Shown in pieces: positions 35,682 to 49,547 of a stretch of 64,000 nucleotides of DNA; position 1 is the stretch's first letter; every line of letters starts with the position of its first letter. The notes beneath the pieces are model-generated. The model saw nothing but the letters and a program-made list of their open reading frames with translations. It searched no databases and was not told the DNA's origin. The stretch is from Octopus sinensis (Eukaryota). The DNA is taken from contig NC_043007.1 in NCBI RefSeq assembly GCF_006345805.1, positions 62,868,001-62,932,000 of the forward strand, given 5' to 3'. The position numbers and the translations under genes were made by a program.

Positions 35682-38600
35682 GTAATGGAAAAGCTATTTC
35701 TGTAGATGCTTCATCTTCAGAATCATCCAAATTTAGTTGCCATTCAACGACATATTTATTACATAATTATGATTTATTCCCCATATGATATAGTTTCAAG
35801 TTAGATTGCTATTTTTTATTTTATTTTTTACATGTACCTATTTGCGTTTATGTATATATTTATATGCAGGGTATATGTTTTTTAATCATTATATATTTTT
35901 GTCTCATTGGAGTAGCTATCCTGAGATTTCTATTTTCCCTTGACCATGCTTTGTTTTGCCACTAATGGATAGACCAATTAATAAGCTATTAGGTAATAAG
36001 AAAAATTGATTCTTAGTGGTTCTATTTTTGATACATACTGATCCTTGAGCAATCTGTTAGTCATAAAATTACTGATGTATATTATTTGTTGAAATATTTA
36101 TAAACTATACAGAATTCCCTTACTCACCACTCTTTAACTACTTTGATCTTTGTTTACTGTTCTTATGTACTAATTATTTTTCTGTTTAAATAATCTCATA
36201 TATCTCATTATTTATATGACACAACTGATGGGTTTATTCTTCAATCTGTAATTTAGTGGGAAGTCTGTGTCTCCTCAAGTTAACAACTTGAAGTTAGGTA
36301 GACTTGGATGAGCTAGGTAACAGTAGAGGCTGGCATCTCAAATGAACAGTTTATATTAAATTTTAATGGTAATATACTGGCATTAGAATTGAATAGATAA
36401 GGTATTGGATTTGAGATCTTTGAAAGTGTTTTGGTGTTTCTAGGCAGAATATCATTATATTCTACATTACCTCAATTCATCCAGCTGTTGTAAAGAGTGT
36501 CCTATCTGAAGAGATTTCTCTTTCATCTGAAACCAGTGAAATAGCAGTTACTTTTTGAGATTGCTCGATATATTTTTATTTTTGAGTCTAGGAGTATGTA
36601 TGAATTACAAAATCCTATGTTCCAAGTTTTTCATCATATGCTTTGAACTCAGAAATGTGTTATTACAAAAAAAATTGAGTTATAAAGTTTCATTAATCAT
36701 TCATAAATCTTTGGACTAGTAGTGGTAATTTTTTTGTATAGAAATACTACACAGCTTGTGGCAAGATACATTGAAATACATTGTTTCTACAGATGTTGAT
36801 TTCATCAAATGTAACCTTGTGTTTAAGAAGCTTACCAGTATTTGAAAGGGAAAGTATAATCAATGGAAGTAATTCCAATGTATTGATAGCACTACATATT
36901 TTATCAGTCTCCAAGAGAAAGAAAAAATGATCTCACAGTAAGATTTAAATGCAGAAACCTGATGCTTCAGATACTGTGTCACATTTTCAGCAATCATAAT
37001 GATACTAATAAATAATTAATTATTATCACATTTGATCTGTCCACAATACATGTGATTTTGAAAAAAAAAAAAAAAAATTATTGTTGTTCTTTGAAAAATA
37101 CTGTAGAAAGTAATGGCTAAGAAATTGAGAACCTTCTTATGTATCTACACTTCCAAGTGTCTGGAAAATTTTACATACTAATACCACAGAAATTTAATCT
37201 GCTAAGAGCATGGACAAGTAGTCTATAAGTTTCATTATCTATCCAAATAGAATCAATACTGGATGTAATGTCAATAACTGAAAGAGGTTTAGAACTAGCC
37301 AGCTGGGCAGTTTGTAAACATAAATGGTCCAGCTATACAAGTCACACTGTAGGAGATTGTAACTTGTACTACTCTAATTTTGGGAAACAAGTAATATAAG
37401 AAAAGGAACATGCAACAAGCTTAATGAGATAATTTATTGAGCCTTAAAATTTTTGAATAAATAACAAAATGACATTTCTAAATGTAATGATAAATTGATA
37501 TGATGATCCTTAAATTGGGAAAAAAATAGCAAAAAAAATATGAATTATTATTCCTAAGTAATTTGTTATGGATTTTCTTATGAGAAGGATCAAACAAACA
37601 TGTCCCCATAGTGACTAGAGGGTGCACATGCACTAATTTACAGCCTCTAATTGCATTATAGATTATTAATGATTTACCTTTGTATATCTCATTAAAACAA
37701 AATTTAAACATGCACTAAATTTTAGTAAGTTATTTAAAATCAGTTAGCAAGTGCAGTAACATTTAGTGTTTAAAGGCAAGATTACTCTACATATCAAACA
37801 CCAGCTATTTTATCCAAACATGTTCTACACAGTTGTAAGTTTTTTATATTTTTTTACTTTAGAAACTGCAGTTTTATTTCATCCAATTGAAAATGAAAGA
37901 CAAGCAACACTAGCTTTATAGATGGATATATATTTTAAACTATGTTTGCTTATATACTTGACATGACATTGCATGGTAGAGATACATAGGCATTGAATGC
38001 AGAGGGTTTGTGTAGGCTGGAAAGAAAAGAAGTGAGCATGCTCTACTGGATGTATAATGTTAGTTTGCATTAAGAACAAAGTATGAACTGAGAGAAAAAC
38101 TGGGTATAAGAAGAATCAGATGTAGTGTCAGAAAGGATTATGTACAAGAAGATGACAGTTGGATGAAGAATGTCAATTAATCCAAGTGGGAGAAATCTGC
38201 AGAAGAGGAAAACTAAAGAAATAGGTGGGGCTACACCTCATCAAGGTGATAACAAAAGACTGCTATAAGTAGCCAAACACTGTGCTGGAAAAGCCCTGTC
38301 CACCCCAAGCAAGCAAGCAAGCAAGGTAAAATGGATGTATGAGGATTCTAATTTCCTACTGCCATAATGGAGGTAAACAAATTATAAAGGAAATGCCATC
38401 CAGTGAAATTTTATTTATTCATCTTTTAAAATATGATGACTAAATAGTTGTAATGATTGTTTTAAAACAAATTGGTTGATAGGTCTTCAGTACAGCAGCT
38501 TTAAATTTTTGTTAATCTTGTTTTCCCATTTGTGAATCCCAACATTGTCCTGTAACTTCTGACCACCCCAATCCTATGTGTTGCTGGCCTACTTTTGTCA

Positions 38601-40024
38601 TGATACTTTTACATTTAAGATGTAGTATCATCTATTCTCCATATCAGATACTCATACTTGTGTATTCATTATTTTCGCATACATTATCAATTGCTTTTAA
38701 TGCCCACTTGCTTTCACAACTTACTTGTGTTCAATTATACTTGTAAGTTAATAGACTATACTTGAGTCATCTTTTAGCAATAGCTGACAGTCTGCTGCAT
38801 TTACTACCCATGTTTGACCATCATATAATATCACACTTCACGGAAACTGATATGGATAACAGAAGCAAATGAATTTCTTCATGTTTCAATATAAGTTTTG
38901 ATTATTATAACAACACAGCAGCCTTAACACTATATGCTATCAAATTATGATAAAAATAAATTATAAAATGTATAAAAAAATAATCATACACATGTAGTGA
39001 AGAAAAGACATTAGCTCTATTTCTAATATTTTAATTATTTTCACAAGTCCAATGAAGGTACTGTGCATTACTTAGATGATCTAATAAGACCAAATATACC
39101 TCAACTTGTCTCTAGTACTTGCCGAAATGTTTAAAATAGTGTTAGTAATTATTTTAATGTAAGGGTTTTTTTTAGTTATTTCACTGTTTTGATGCTCACT
39201 ACATGAAATATGTTAACCCTAACTTAAATATTGTTTTTTGTGTGGATAACATTTCTGAGTAGTCAACTCATGTAATTTATTTTTCAAAATGGTTATAAAG
39301 TTAAATGTCTAAATGTCTACCAGTTTGAAATTATGTATAATCAGTAAACATATACTCTGTACAAATTTACCTATGAAGTTGTTTTGAAATCAAGTCTTCA
39401 TGGAAGCCAAAGAACAGAGCTATTAAATGCACTTAATATTACAATTATTTAGAATTTCCAGCTGAATTCTTTGAAATCATATAGTTCCTATCTTGGAGAT
39501 AAGCAGCTAAACGAAAAACAATACTTTCCTTTGTATATGATGTTAAATGCATTATTGAGTAATTAAGTCGAAGTTTGATAATATGGTGGTTCTATTAAAA
39601 TCCATTAAATTTGTCAGAAATATTTACTTGAAAAATATATTTCTCTATATAAGCAATTAAGATGAAACAATCTTTAAAGTATTTTTCTGATATTATGGAA
39701 GTGTAATAATCTTTATTGAAGGGGGTTAATTTTTGTGTTTCTTATTTGTTACCAAAAAAATTAACGGAATGAAATAAAATAAGTATTTTTGGTGAAATAT
39801 ATGACTATGATTTTAGAGTATAATGTTCAAATCACCCAGCTTATGATTTTAATACTTGTACTTTAGCTAGAAATGATTTACATGAAAAGAGAAAATTTGG
39901 AAAATCTTTAACCAGCAAAATATTTTAGCAATGAGAGGAAAATGACAATGTCTAATAGGTTTTGAGATATAATTTGTTTACCATAACAGTAAGTTAGGGT
40001 TAGATCGAAGGCTGAATGAGTTAA

Positions 40025-40860
40025 GTGATCATCATCATCATTTAACATCCGTTTTCCATGCTGGCATGAGTTGGATGGTCTGACAAAAGCTGGAGAGCTG
40101 CACCAGGTTCCAGTTGTCTGTTTTGGCATGGTTTCTATTTACACTTTATATATACTTTACAGAGTGTATTGTGTGCTTTTTATGTGTCACCAATACAGAT
40201 TTTTTTTTCCGAGACCAGCACAGATGGGATTGCTAATTAGCTTGCAAGACAGAGACCTCTCAGCTGAGAGAGGAAGTGGAACCAAGGGATAGAGGTTGGA
40301 GTATGATAGTGTCAGTGACAGCCAGAGTAAGAGAGAGAAATAGATGGTGTTGGAAATGTATTGGGGCCTACCCACAGAGAACAGTGGGTGGGGGATTATA
40401 AGTAGTACAGAGATGATCAAGATGGGGGGATGTTCCATAAGAGTGTGAGGGAAGATGTTTAGAGATGGGTAAGATACAACTGTAGCAAGTGATGGTGAGA
40501 GAAACTGGAGTGGCTTGGAGTGAGGTATGATAGATATATGAGTGCATTGAGTATGTAAATAGGTATGTAAGAGAGAGTGGTGAAACCTGCAGCATGTGGT
40601 GGGGGTGTTGGGAAGATGGGCTCTGTTGGGTGGGACATGCTTGTATGTATGGATGGTCGTGGTTTTATTTAGCTTGACTTGTCTTCTCAAGTACAGCAAA
40701 TTGCCAGAAACCTTGGTCCCTTGTTATTTCTGAGGCTCAACATCAGAAGATCATTTCTCATTACTTCATTCCACGTCTTCCTGGATCTATCCTTTCACAA
40801 TTAGCATGCAACCCTTATTTATGCAGCTGTCTTCATCCATACGCATCCAGATAAAGGATA
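40025..40860 (-). mobile_element. Decayed RTE-type LINE 3' end (ORF2 end, C/T-rich UTR, tail)
   Basis: catcatcatcatttaacatccgttttccatgctggcatg at 40028. A purine-rich plus strand (40300-40640) mirrors 600-960 and 12.4-13.0 kb. ORF2 C-terminal remnant at 40680-40860. Confidence 0.75.
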
Positions 40861-41059
40861 TTTCATAACATTTTGATAGAGAACTGATGAAGAGCAAATA
40901 TTATAATTGATAACTTATTTCAGATGTATGCAGCTTTATTTATTTAAAGTAAAAGGAAACTTATGCTTTAATGATGTAGCAATAAATTTATCTCAGTTTT
41001 CAAAGGGGCTTTTTTTTCTCTACCAATGAAATATTCTGATTTATTTTTATTTATGCGCC

Positions 41060-41333
41060 CTTTTCAAGCCTAGCCAAGCTCATGGACCCGGTTTCTATGG
41101 CGTATGTGTTCCCCCCAGCTGGACAGGACACCAGTCCATCGCAGCGTTACTCAAGAAACAGGAAGAAAGAGTGAGAGAAAGTTGGGACAAAAGAGTACAA
41201 CAGGGGTCACCACCACCCCCTGCCGGAACCTTGTGGAGCTTTAGGTGTTTATGCTCAATAAGGACACAGAATGCCTGGTCTGGGAATCGAAACTGCGAGT
41301 CCGCTGCCCTAACCACTGGGCCATTTCGCCTCT
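41060..41333 (-). mobile_element. tRNA-derived SINE family C
   Basis: The minus-strand head gaggcgaaatggcccagtggttagggcagcggactcgcagtttcgattcccagacc has an A box and a B box. The body is shared with 46.2-46.4 kb. Confidence 0.82.
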
Positions 41334-43144
41334 ACAATATTCTGATTGTTTTCTCTGAATTTTATTTTATTGCTAGGTAAAGCCAATATTAAGTATTTAC
41401 TGGCAATTGATTAACTCTCTCTTCCTCATATATTCACATTTATTCTTCACTTCTGGATGCTGACTTTACATAAACAACTTTATATTGGTTTTGTTATTCA
41501 AAAATATTGCAATATTGTTTTGTCAATAATAATTTCATATAGAAATTATAAGACAAAAAGATAACCCAAAGGAAATTTTAAAGGTATTTAGTTAACACAG
41601 AACTATATATATTGCATTTTATACTATTACTTTTAAAGCATTTCTTTACTAGATACCTTCAGTGATGGAGTAGACTGAATGAATTTATCATGGAACCTTG
41701 TATTTTTATATCATAATCTTTTAGATTTCATTAAGTATCAGTTAATTTCAGAGTATCTTTTTATACAGGTATATCCTTGCTGGTATAAAAAAAAATAAAG
41801 CATAAAGATGACACTTATAAAGAATATAGGCAGATGGATTGAGAAACTAGAAATGAAGGTAGAAGTTAATAGAAAGAGGAAAATAGCAAACCTGACAAAG
41901 TGTAACAGTTTGATAAGTATATGAAATAGCAACAGGGTTGAAGAGACTGTTAAATGTAGTGATGGTGACTGAAAGAAGGAAAGTAACTACTTATGATGGA
42001 AACTGTCTAAGAGAACATGGGATAGGTGTAGCATTCTTGCCATAGCTTAAATGGTCAACATGGTTACTATATTTAACTTTTTTAGCATATCTTTGGTTTT
42101 TTCTTTCCAGTAAATAGCACTTGTTTAGAGATTTTAATTTTTCTTTCTTATTGGGATTCAACATTTTAATTTCTTTATTTTTTTCTAATAAGAGTCAATT
42201 TTAGAATACTAAACTCTATGTATCTAGAATCTATAAATGACACTTCACAACATTGATATTTTGCAATTTCTGTTGAAGCAGGTCCTGCTGAAGGCAGTGA
42301 TGTGAAAAGCTAATGCACTAGAACAGAGTGTGTTAGTGTAATCGAGGTTGCTGGTTTCATCTCTAGTATTTTTTCTCTACAATGCAATAAAGATTAGGAA
42401 TTGATTAAAAATGTATTTCACTTGATCTTTGGCTTGCTGTAGCAAGACACAAGTTAGGTGTTCCCTTTTAGCTGTTAAGTGTATAGTGAAATATCTATCT
42501 TACTTCATAAGATGCAATCTGGGTTAATTCCATAGAGAAGCCTCATTTGAAAGTAAGTAGGCTGAGGATTGTAAATAAAAATTAATGATGTCAAGTATTT
42601 TCAAACTACGCAATCATGATGATCGTAAAAAGCAGCAGCAGCTCCAACATCGCAGCAGCAGCATTTCCCTCATATTCAGCATCACTATCACTATAACCAA
42701 TTTTATTATCACCATCTAAAATGTAATCCCCTCCTTTCCCTTCCACTTTAACAGAATACATTTTCTTCTGCACTCACTATATTGAATGTTTAAATTTTGG
42801 TAATAGGTTCTGCTATGAAATTAGTTCCACTTACTCAATACGTACTTTCAAATTGTTTTACTTTTTTTTTTTTACCTTATTGGTCTTACAATTATATACT
42901 GAATATGTTCAACATAACATGAGATAGGTAGAGAAACAGATGCATTTAAAATACTTATCTGTTAAATACTTAGATGCCAAAGTCAGAAGTTGAAAGCTAA
43001 TCATATATATTCTGTGCCTTATCAAAGTGCAGAAAGTTATTTAAATCACCCTGCCTATCACACTGCAATTCTCATTCCTAATTTGCAGCTGAAAGACTAG
43101 TGGCAGGGAGAGCATAGAATTGTAAAAAAAAATTCTCAAGTTGC

Positions 43145-43356
43145 ATATATTCTTTTATTCTTTTACTTGTTTCAGTCATTTTGACTGCGCCATGCTGGAG
43201 CTCTGCCTTTAGTCGAAGAAATTGACCCCAGGTTTTATTCTTTGTAAGCCTAGTACTTATTCTATTGGTCTCTTTTGCCAAACCACTAAGTTCCAGAAAT
43301 GTAAACACACCAACATTGGTTGTTAAGCGAAAGTGGAGAGACACACACACACACAC
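43145..43356 (-). mobile_element. SINE family A 3' tail
   Basis: Same tail as 26.82-27.02 kb, ending in (CA)n that abuts the following LINE. Confidence 0.82.
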
Positions 43357-44338
43357 AAATATCTCATTAGGGAGAGAATTTGTTTAGATGAAATGCAGTT
43401 CGGTTTTGTACCAGGTAGAAGCACCACTGATGCTATATTCCTGGTCCGACAACTGCAGGAGAAGTACCTAGCTAAAGATAAACCCCTCTACATAGCTTGG
43501 AGAAAGCCTTTGACAGGGTTCCTCGTTCCCTTATCTGGTGGTCGATGCGGAAACTGGAGATTGACGAATGGCTAATAAGGGCTGTACAGGCTCTATACAG
43601 AGAGGCTGTCAGCAAGGTTAGGATTGGCAACGAATATAGTGAAGAATTCCAGGTAGAAGTAGGTGTGCACCAGGGCTCAGCCCTCAGTCCCCTTTTATTC
43701 ATCATAGTCCTTCAGGCAATAACAGAGGAATTCAAAACGGGATGCCCCTGGGAGCTCCTCTATGCCGATGACCTAGCTCTCATAGCAGAATCACTACCGG
43801 AACTAGAAAAGAAATTCCGGGTGTGGAAGCAAGGGTTAGAATCAAAGGGCCTTAGAATAAATGTAGCAAAGACCAAAGTATTAGTAAGCAGCAAGAGGTA
43901 CTCAGCACACACCCCTTCGGGTAGGTGGCCCTGCTCAATCTGTAAGTAAGGTACAGGTAGAAACTCCATAAGATGCACCCAATGTAAGCTATGGACACAT
44001 AAGAGGTGCAGCAACATTAAAGGGAAATTAACAGATAAGATAGCTTTCATGTGCGGCAGATGCACAGGGACAATAGACACAACAGACACTCAGAAAACAG
44101 ATTCCATCACACTCCAGGGAGAGAAACTAGAAGTAGTTGATAGTTTCCGCTACCTGGGTGAACAAGTTAGTAGTGGAGGTGGATGCACAGAGAGTATCAC
44201 CACTAGAATATACGAATAGCCTGGGCAAAGTTCAGAAAGCTCCTACCCCTACTGGCAACAAAAGGTCTCTCCCTCAGAGCGAAAGGTAGACTGTATGATG
44301 CATGTGTGCGAACTGCCATGCTTCACGGTAATGAAACT
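43357..44338 (+). mobile_element. RTE-type LINE RT fragment with PHD finger, truncated at both ends
   Basis: QFGFVPGRSTTDAIF, MEKAFDRVP, GVHQGSALSP, LYADD, C4HC3 at 43932-44063 (interrupted by a TAA), FRYLG, LYDACVRTAMLHG. Confidence 0.93.
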
Positions 44339-44949
44339 TAAATCTAGTTTCAAATAATTTAAACTGAAATTGCCAAAATCTACATTTTCAATTAGAGAAC
44401 ATTTTTGCAAGATTTTGTTCTGATTCTGGGTGATCTTATGTGAGCTTTGCAAAAAGGTAATAGGTACTATAGCCAATGATAGTTATCTAAGTTAAGGTTT
44501 GTTGAAAGCTCAAAGATGCATCATAAGCAACAAAGTCAGGCAAGAGATAAACTTTCTCTAGATAGTTGCTTCCCATTTCCAACTTGGATTAATCTAAAAC
44601 CTGTAAGTACTTTGATCAAGGATACAATGCAAATTTAACAGAGATATCAGAAAGAAAACTTTGTATTGTGCATTCTTGCACTTCAGCACTTGTAGTGTTA
44701 CAATTAATATATAATTGAACTCTCATGTTTTTTTTTATTACCTAAAGTTTTGTACCACACTATCCAAAATTCAAATTATGTTGAACTCAAAACTCTCTCA
44801 CTCCTTTCTGTCATTAATAAGATTAGGATAATTTATATGCAAGATTCAGTTGATTATATCTTCGCTGCATGTGAAAAATGCCCTTGTATCTCAAGTAATT
44901 TATTGCCATATGCAAAAGTAGCCAATTTTAAAGATTGTTTCATTTTTTT

Positions 44950-45660
44950 CATTTGGTATGGTCCCAGAGTAACCTAAGTTGAATTTTTCTTTAAATTATT
45001 GGCAGAAGCTGGACATTTATAGATATTCTTGTCACATCTCACATATTCACTTAATTAGAATGTTATATTAACTTAAAATATTGACCTCACCAACAAACTT
45101 TGTGTTCAAAGAGCGATACATATTTAGTTTGAAAAATAGAAAAACAAATCAGGTTCTTGATTGATGGTTTGACCTATTACTCTACAATTAGGACATCCCA
45201 CACAAACCTGATAAAGATAGTACAACTGGTGTTGCACTTACTAGGTGTTTCTCTATAAGATTTGAAATTGCAGATTTACATAAGCTTCTTGTCATTCTGA
45301 AGTGGCTTTGTTAAGGCACTAAGAACTTGTCATCTATTCAGAAATGTTAAAGACTTGTGATGAATGTATTACATTCTCAGAATTGAAATCATGATTCTAC
45401 CATCTTTTTCATGCCAAACACTAAATTCACACAACCTTTTAAGTTTCATTATCAACTTCAAAAGTCCTCCTCTGCCATCATTTAACTCTTGTTTCATGTT
45501 TGTGATTATAAATGATTACTCAAGATTTATATTTGTTTGTTCAGATATGACAGCCCTTACAGTAATTTGCTGTCTACAAAATATACTCAGGTTTGTTGTT
45601 CCAACTCTAATCTGTTCAGATCAAGGATCTTAGAGAGAACATTGTTCAAGCTAGGACACC
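44950..45660 (+). mobile_element. Highly decayed Gypsy-type LTR retrotransposon (RNase H end / integrase core)
   Basis: INFKSPPLPS..FVIINDYSRF..CSDMTALTVICCL..SDQGS resembles the integrase D(F)KGPLP..DEYSRF..HSDRGS core. Upstream KPDKD..VALTR resembles RPGK.N..ADALSR. Confidence 0.55.
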
Positions 45661-46042
45661 ATATCATTCTTCTGGAAACAGCCAAGTAAAATAACTTAAC
45701 AGTTATTAACTTGGAAAACTATAACAGTTCTTTATTCAAGGAATCTGTAAATAAAAAAAAAAAAGTCACATTTTAGATAAAAGCTCCTTAGGATTAGGTT
45801 ATTGCATTGCAACTAACCTGATGCCTAATGAAAGGCTATTTATCTTGTGCCAACAGGACAGTCTTTACCTTGATGGCTCTTTGAAACTGGGGAAGTTTTT
45901 CATAGATGGTTTAATGCAGTAAATATGATCCAAAAGTTGGTCATGTTAAAGGATTGACACTATTTAGCACTATGGTCATATTAAATACACGACTGATGAA
46001 ATTGACATCTCAAACATAAAGCATCACTTAAAATTAATAAAA

Positions 46043-46412
46043 CTCTTGTGGCACTCCGTCGGTTACAATGATAAGGGTTCCAGTTGATCCAATCAATAGA
46101 ACAGCCTGCTCATGAAATTAAACATGCAAGTGGCTGAGCACTCCACAGATACGTGTACCCTTAATGTAGTTCTCAGGAAGATTTAGCATGACAGAGAGAG
46201 TGACAAGGCTGGCCCTTTGAAATACAGGTACAGCAGAAATAGGAAGAAAGAGTGAGAGAAAATTGTGGTGAAAGAATACAGCAGGGTTTGCCACCATCCC
46301 CTCTTGGAGTCTTGTGGAGCTTTAAGTGTTCTTGCTCAATAAATATTTAGAACACCCGGTCTGGGAATCGAAACCACGATCTTATAACTGCAAGTCCACT
46401 GCCCTAACACTG
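46043..46412 (-). mobile_element. tRNA-derived SINE family C, second copy
   Basis: gaagaaagagtgagagaaa..gtggagcttta..ggtctgggaatcgaaac..ctgccctaacactgg is shared with 41160-41320. Confidence 0.78.
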
Positions 46413-47764
46413 GTGAATGCTCTGTTGGTGATTACCACAATTTTCATATATTGAAGAATGTGACTTGAGAAAGGCCAAGGACTTCTGATGCATGTTCTGT
46501 TGCTTGCTGCAGTGACAATACAGAGTAATCACTCAACAAGCATGCAAGCAAGAGTAGCCCAATGTCAACCCAGCTACTGAATAGAAAAATCAATTCTTGT
46601 CACCTTGACTTCCTTGTTTGACAAGGATCTGGATAGTAATGAAATGATTCAATCTTTGCAGCATCAGTGAATTCTTTAAAACCTTTGTTACTTGTCCAGG
46701 TACCTTATGGGTATATTTTGGTCAAGAAATATCATTTGTATTTCAAATACTGTAATTGAATGTAAGATCTTTTTACAACAGTATGAAAATACTGTTTTAA
46801 TTGATTTTGCATTAATTTATGCATTGATGTGGTTCTGAATACACAGTTTTCCATCAAATATATGTCTACATTCAACATCATAGTTAGCATGAACTTCTCA
46901 TATCTCTGAAGTTTATGTATTCTTGTCATTATAGAATGGATTCTATTGTCTGAAGTGTCACTTCATACCATTCATGTTAGTCACTGATTCTGTTAATTCT
47001 TGCAAGCTATTTTATATTCTTTATTTTGTTTTTTATTGTGCTTATAAAAGATAGCAATTAAATGAGACTGTTTTAATCTGATATATAGTTATATTTAATC
47101 CACAGTTATTTGGCTGACACCGTTTAAAATATAAACTTAGATTTATTTATTTCAATGTGAAAACTCTTTTCAATGCTATATACACATATCAAGGTTTTCA
47201 ACCAGCATATATAACTGTTAAATTTTTTAATAAAGCTCTAGTATTTTCTGCTGAGATTACATATTCATAGCCATTAGCTTCAGACAAATTATGACACTCA
47301 TTTGTCTAACACTTGCATTTACCAGTATGATCAAGAAGTAGAACAATATTTTGAGTGCCCATTAGACTGCATATTCTAAAGTCCAGTACATATGCCTTTT
47401 GTTTTATTCTGATATTTTATCTTCATGGGCAATTGAGTTAATTGATGTGTACCAAATCTTTGGATATGGATTTTGAGAGAATGAATATAGAAGCAGAATA
47501 TTTATTCATGAATCAACCTCTGCCAAAGTAGAAGGTAGGTGTGGTTAATGAAAATAGTTCATAGATTTGTTGAAAAACAGAAGTTTTATCTGTTATGAAT
47601 GCTTATGTAACAAATATTTCTGTAAACTAGCCTCTAATTAATGCACCAATATTTCTGAACATGAATTTCAACATTTATGAACATGAAAACACTCCTTCTG
47701 TATCAAAGCACTTGAAAACTTTACAAATTGGTGTGTTTATGAAGTTAAAAACTAATAATAATCT

Positions 47765-47965
47765 TTACTTTGGCCCAAGACCAGCAATTTTGATGGGTGT
47801 GGAAGTCAGTTACATTGACTTCAGTTTTCAACGGGTACAGATTTTATTGACCCTGAGAAGATGAAAGGCAAGGCTGACCTTGGCAACATTTGAACTTGGA
47901 ACATAAAGCCAGAAGAAATGCCACTAAGCATTTTGCCCAGCATACTAATGATTCTGCCAGGTTGC
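47765..47965 (-). mobile_element. SINE family B, decayed
   Basis: gaaaggcaaggctgacc..tttgaact..ctaagcattttgccc..ctaatgattctgccag. Confidence 0.72.
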
Positions 47966-48547
47966 TGCTTTAATAATAACAATAATCAAACTGAGATTGT
48001 TATTTTTTACATATGGATATCTGTTTTATTGGTTAATAGTGGGAAAGGCAACCAACTGAGAAAGCAGTTGCTTAGACATTTTGTAAGTTTTAAGAAATTC
48101 AGCCATTTGCATTACTCTGACAGATGTAGGTGTCAAACAGAATAAAGTGGAATCTCTAATATACTAGAAAGGAATGCATTAACCTGAAGTCCATGGGTTC
48201 TTCAAATGATTTCTTATGAGTTGTAGACTAGTTTTACTATAATCAGGTGGATCTTAAGTTAGGGCTAGATTGGAAGGTGTTTCAAGAACACTTTGTATGA
48301 ATGAAAGGTTTACTGTCTTTATGAAGCTTAGACTATGGCATGGTAGAAGTCTAATGATATGTTGTATGGCTGTTAAGCATGGTCATGAATATGAGTGCTT
48401 AAATGTAACTTAGAAAAGATGTTGGAAGGTGAATTTAAGACATTCAACAAAGATTTATCATGTGTGCAAAAGAGAGGACTACATCGGTTAATGTAGTGCA
48501 AATGGCAGTGTAAGCTAAATGAAAAAGTACTGGGAGTTAGTGATTAA

Positions 48548-49150
48548 CCCTGTCATGCCAGTTTCCCCACTATAGCAGGAATAGCTTGAACATCATCTCT
48601 GCCGTATTCCTGGTAAAGCAGTAGTGAACAACACAGAAAAAGAAGATAAAATATTAAAATTAGACAATTGATCACATTGCAGCCTTGTAGTCAAGTGTAT
48701 TTATAACTCATTGTTGATGGTGTCCTCCATAACTGTAGTTTACTTTCGTTTTTAATACAAAAAATAAAATAAAATGTTTTTGGTGATGAAGAAGCGTGTG
48801 ATGAACCCAGCACTTCATTTTGTAAATGAGCAAGGCCTTAACTTTTTACAGTTGAGGAAATTATTGATGATATTTATTCTTCAGGCAAAGAGTTTACACT
48901 TACCCTGGCAGCGTGAAGGATTTGGATAATCAAACTGGTGACAGTCATAAGAAAAGTAAGGATTTGGGTGAACAAATACGATAATTGAGAGATAGGCCTA
49001 TTATTGTTATTCTCCTGAATTTTTTTTATAATACTATCTATTAGTTTTCCTGCAGTCATTACTCTTGAGCTGTATATGCAACTATTTATATTTTGCTCAT
49101 GAGCCCAGGCGGATGGTAAAGTTAGATATAGGGGCCCAAGTCTGAAAGGG
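48548..49150. mobile_element. Possible decayed piggyBac-like non-autonomous element
   Basis: TTAA|CCCTGTCA at 48544 and TGAAAGGG|TTAA at 49154; the termini match only partly. Confidence 0.3.
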
Positions 49151-49547
49151 TTAATAGGACTTGTGGAAGAAGTGCACCATGGCTGACTGAAAGTAGAAGT
49201 ATGGTATTTTGAGCAGACCTTTATCGGAATTGATGCACAGCTATGCAGATTTGTTGTCCTGTTCAACTCTTATTGGTATAGAAAATATAAACCAAGGATT
49301 CTCACTATTTTTTGTTTGTAAATATTTAGCTTAGTCATTATCAATGCTTTATCATCCAACTTTTCCATGTTAGGTTGGGTTGGATGTACCTGCAATTCAG
49401 CAACTTCATTTGTTGCTGTTTTATGTTTCTTAGCCTACAACAATATTCAGTGATCTGATCTAACTAGTTCATCTCAGGTCTTTATTTCAACTCTGGGTAC
49501 CCTCCATTTCTAACTTACACACCAACATGCAGCAACAATTTATATTG

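Noticed and set aside
41270-41333. tRNA gene
   Set aside because: A and B boxes are present, but the cloverleaf is incomplete and the sequence continues into a repeated body (also at 46.2-46.4 kb); it is a SINE head.
48852-48955. 104-nt pseudo-exon with a good acceptor and GTAAGG donor
   Set aside because: A stop occurs immediately in the Ena frame and its only ATG frame also terminates; no coding support.
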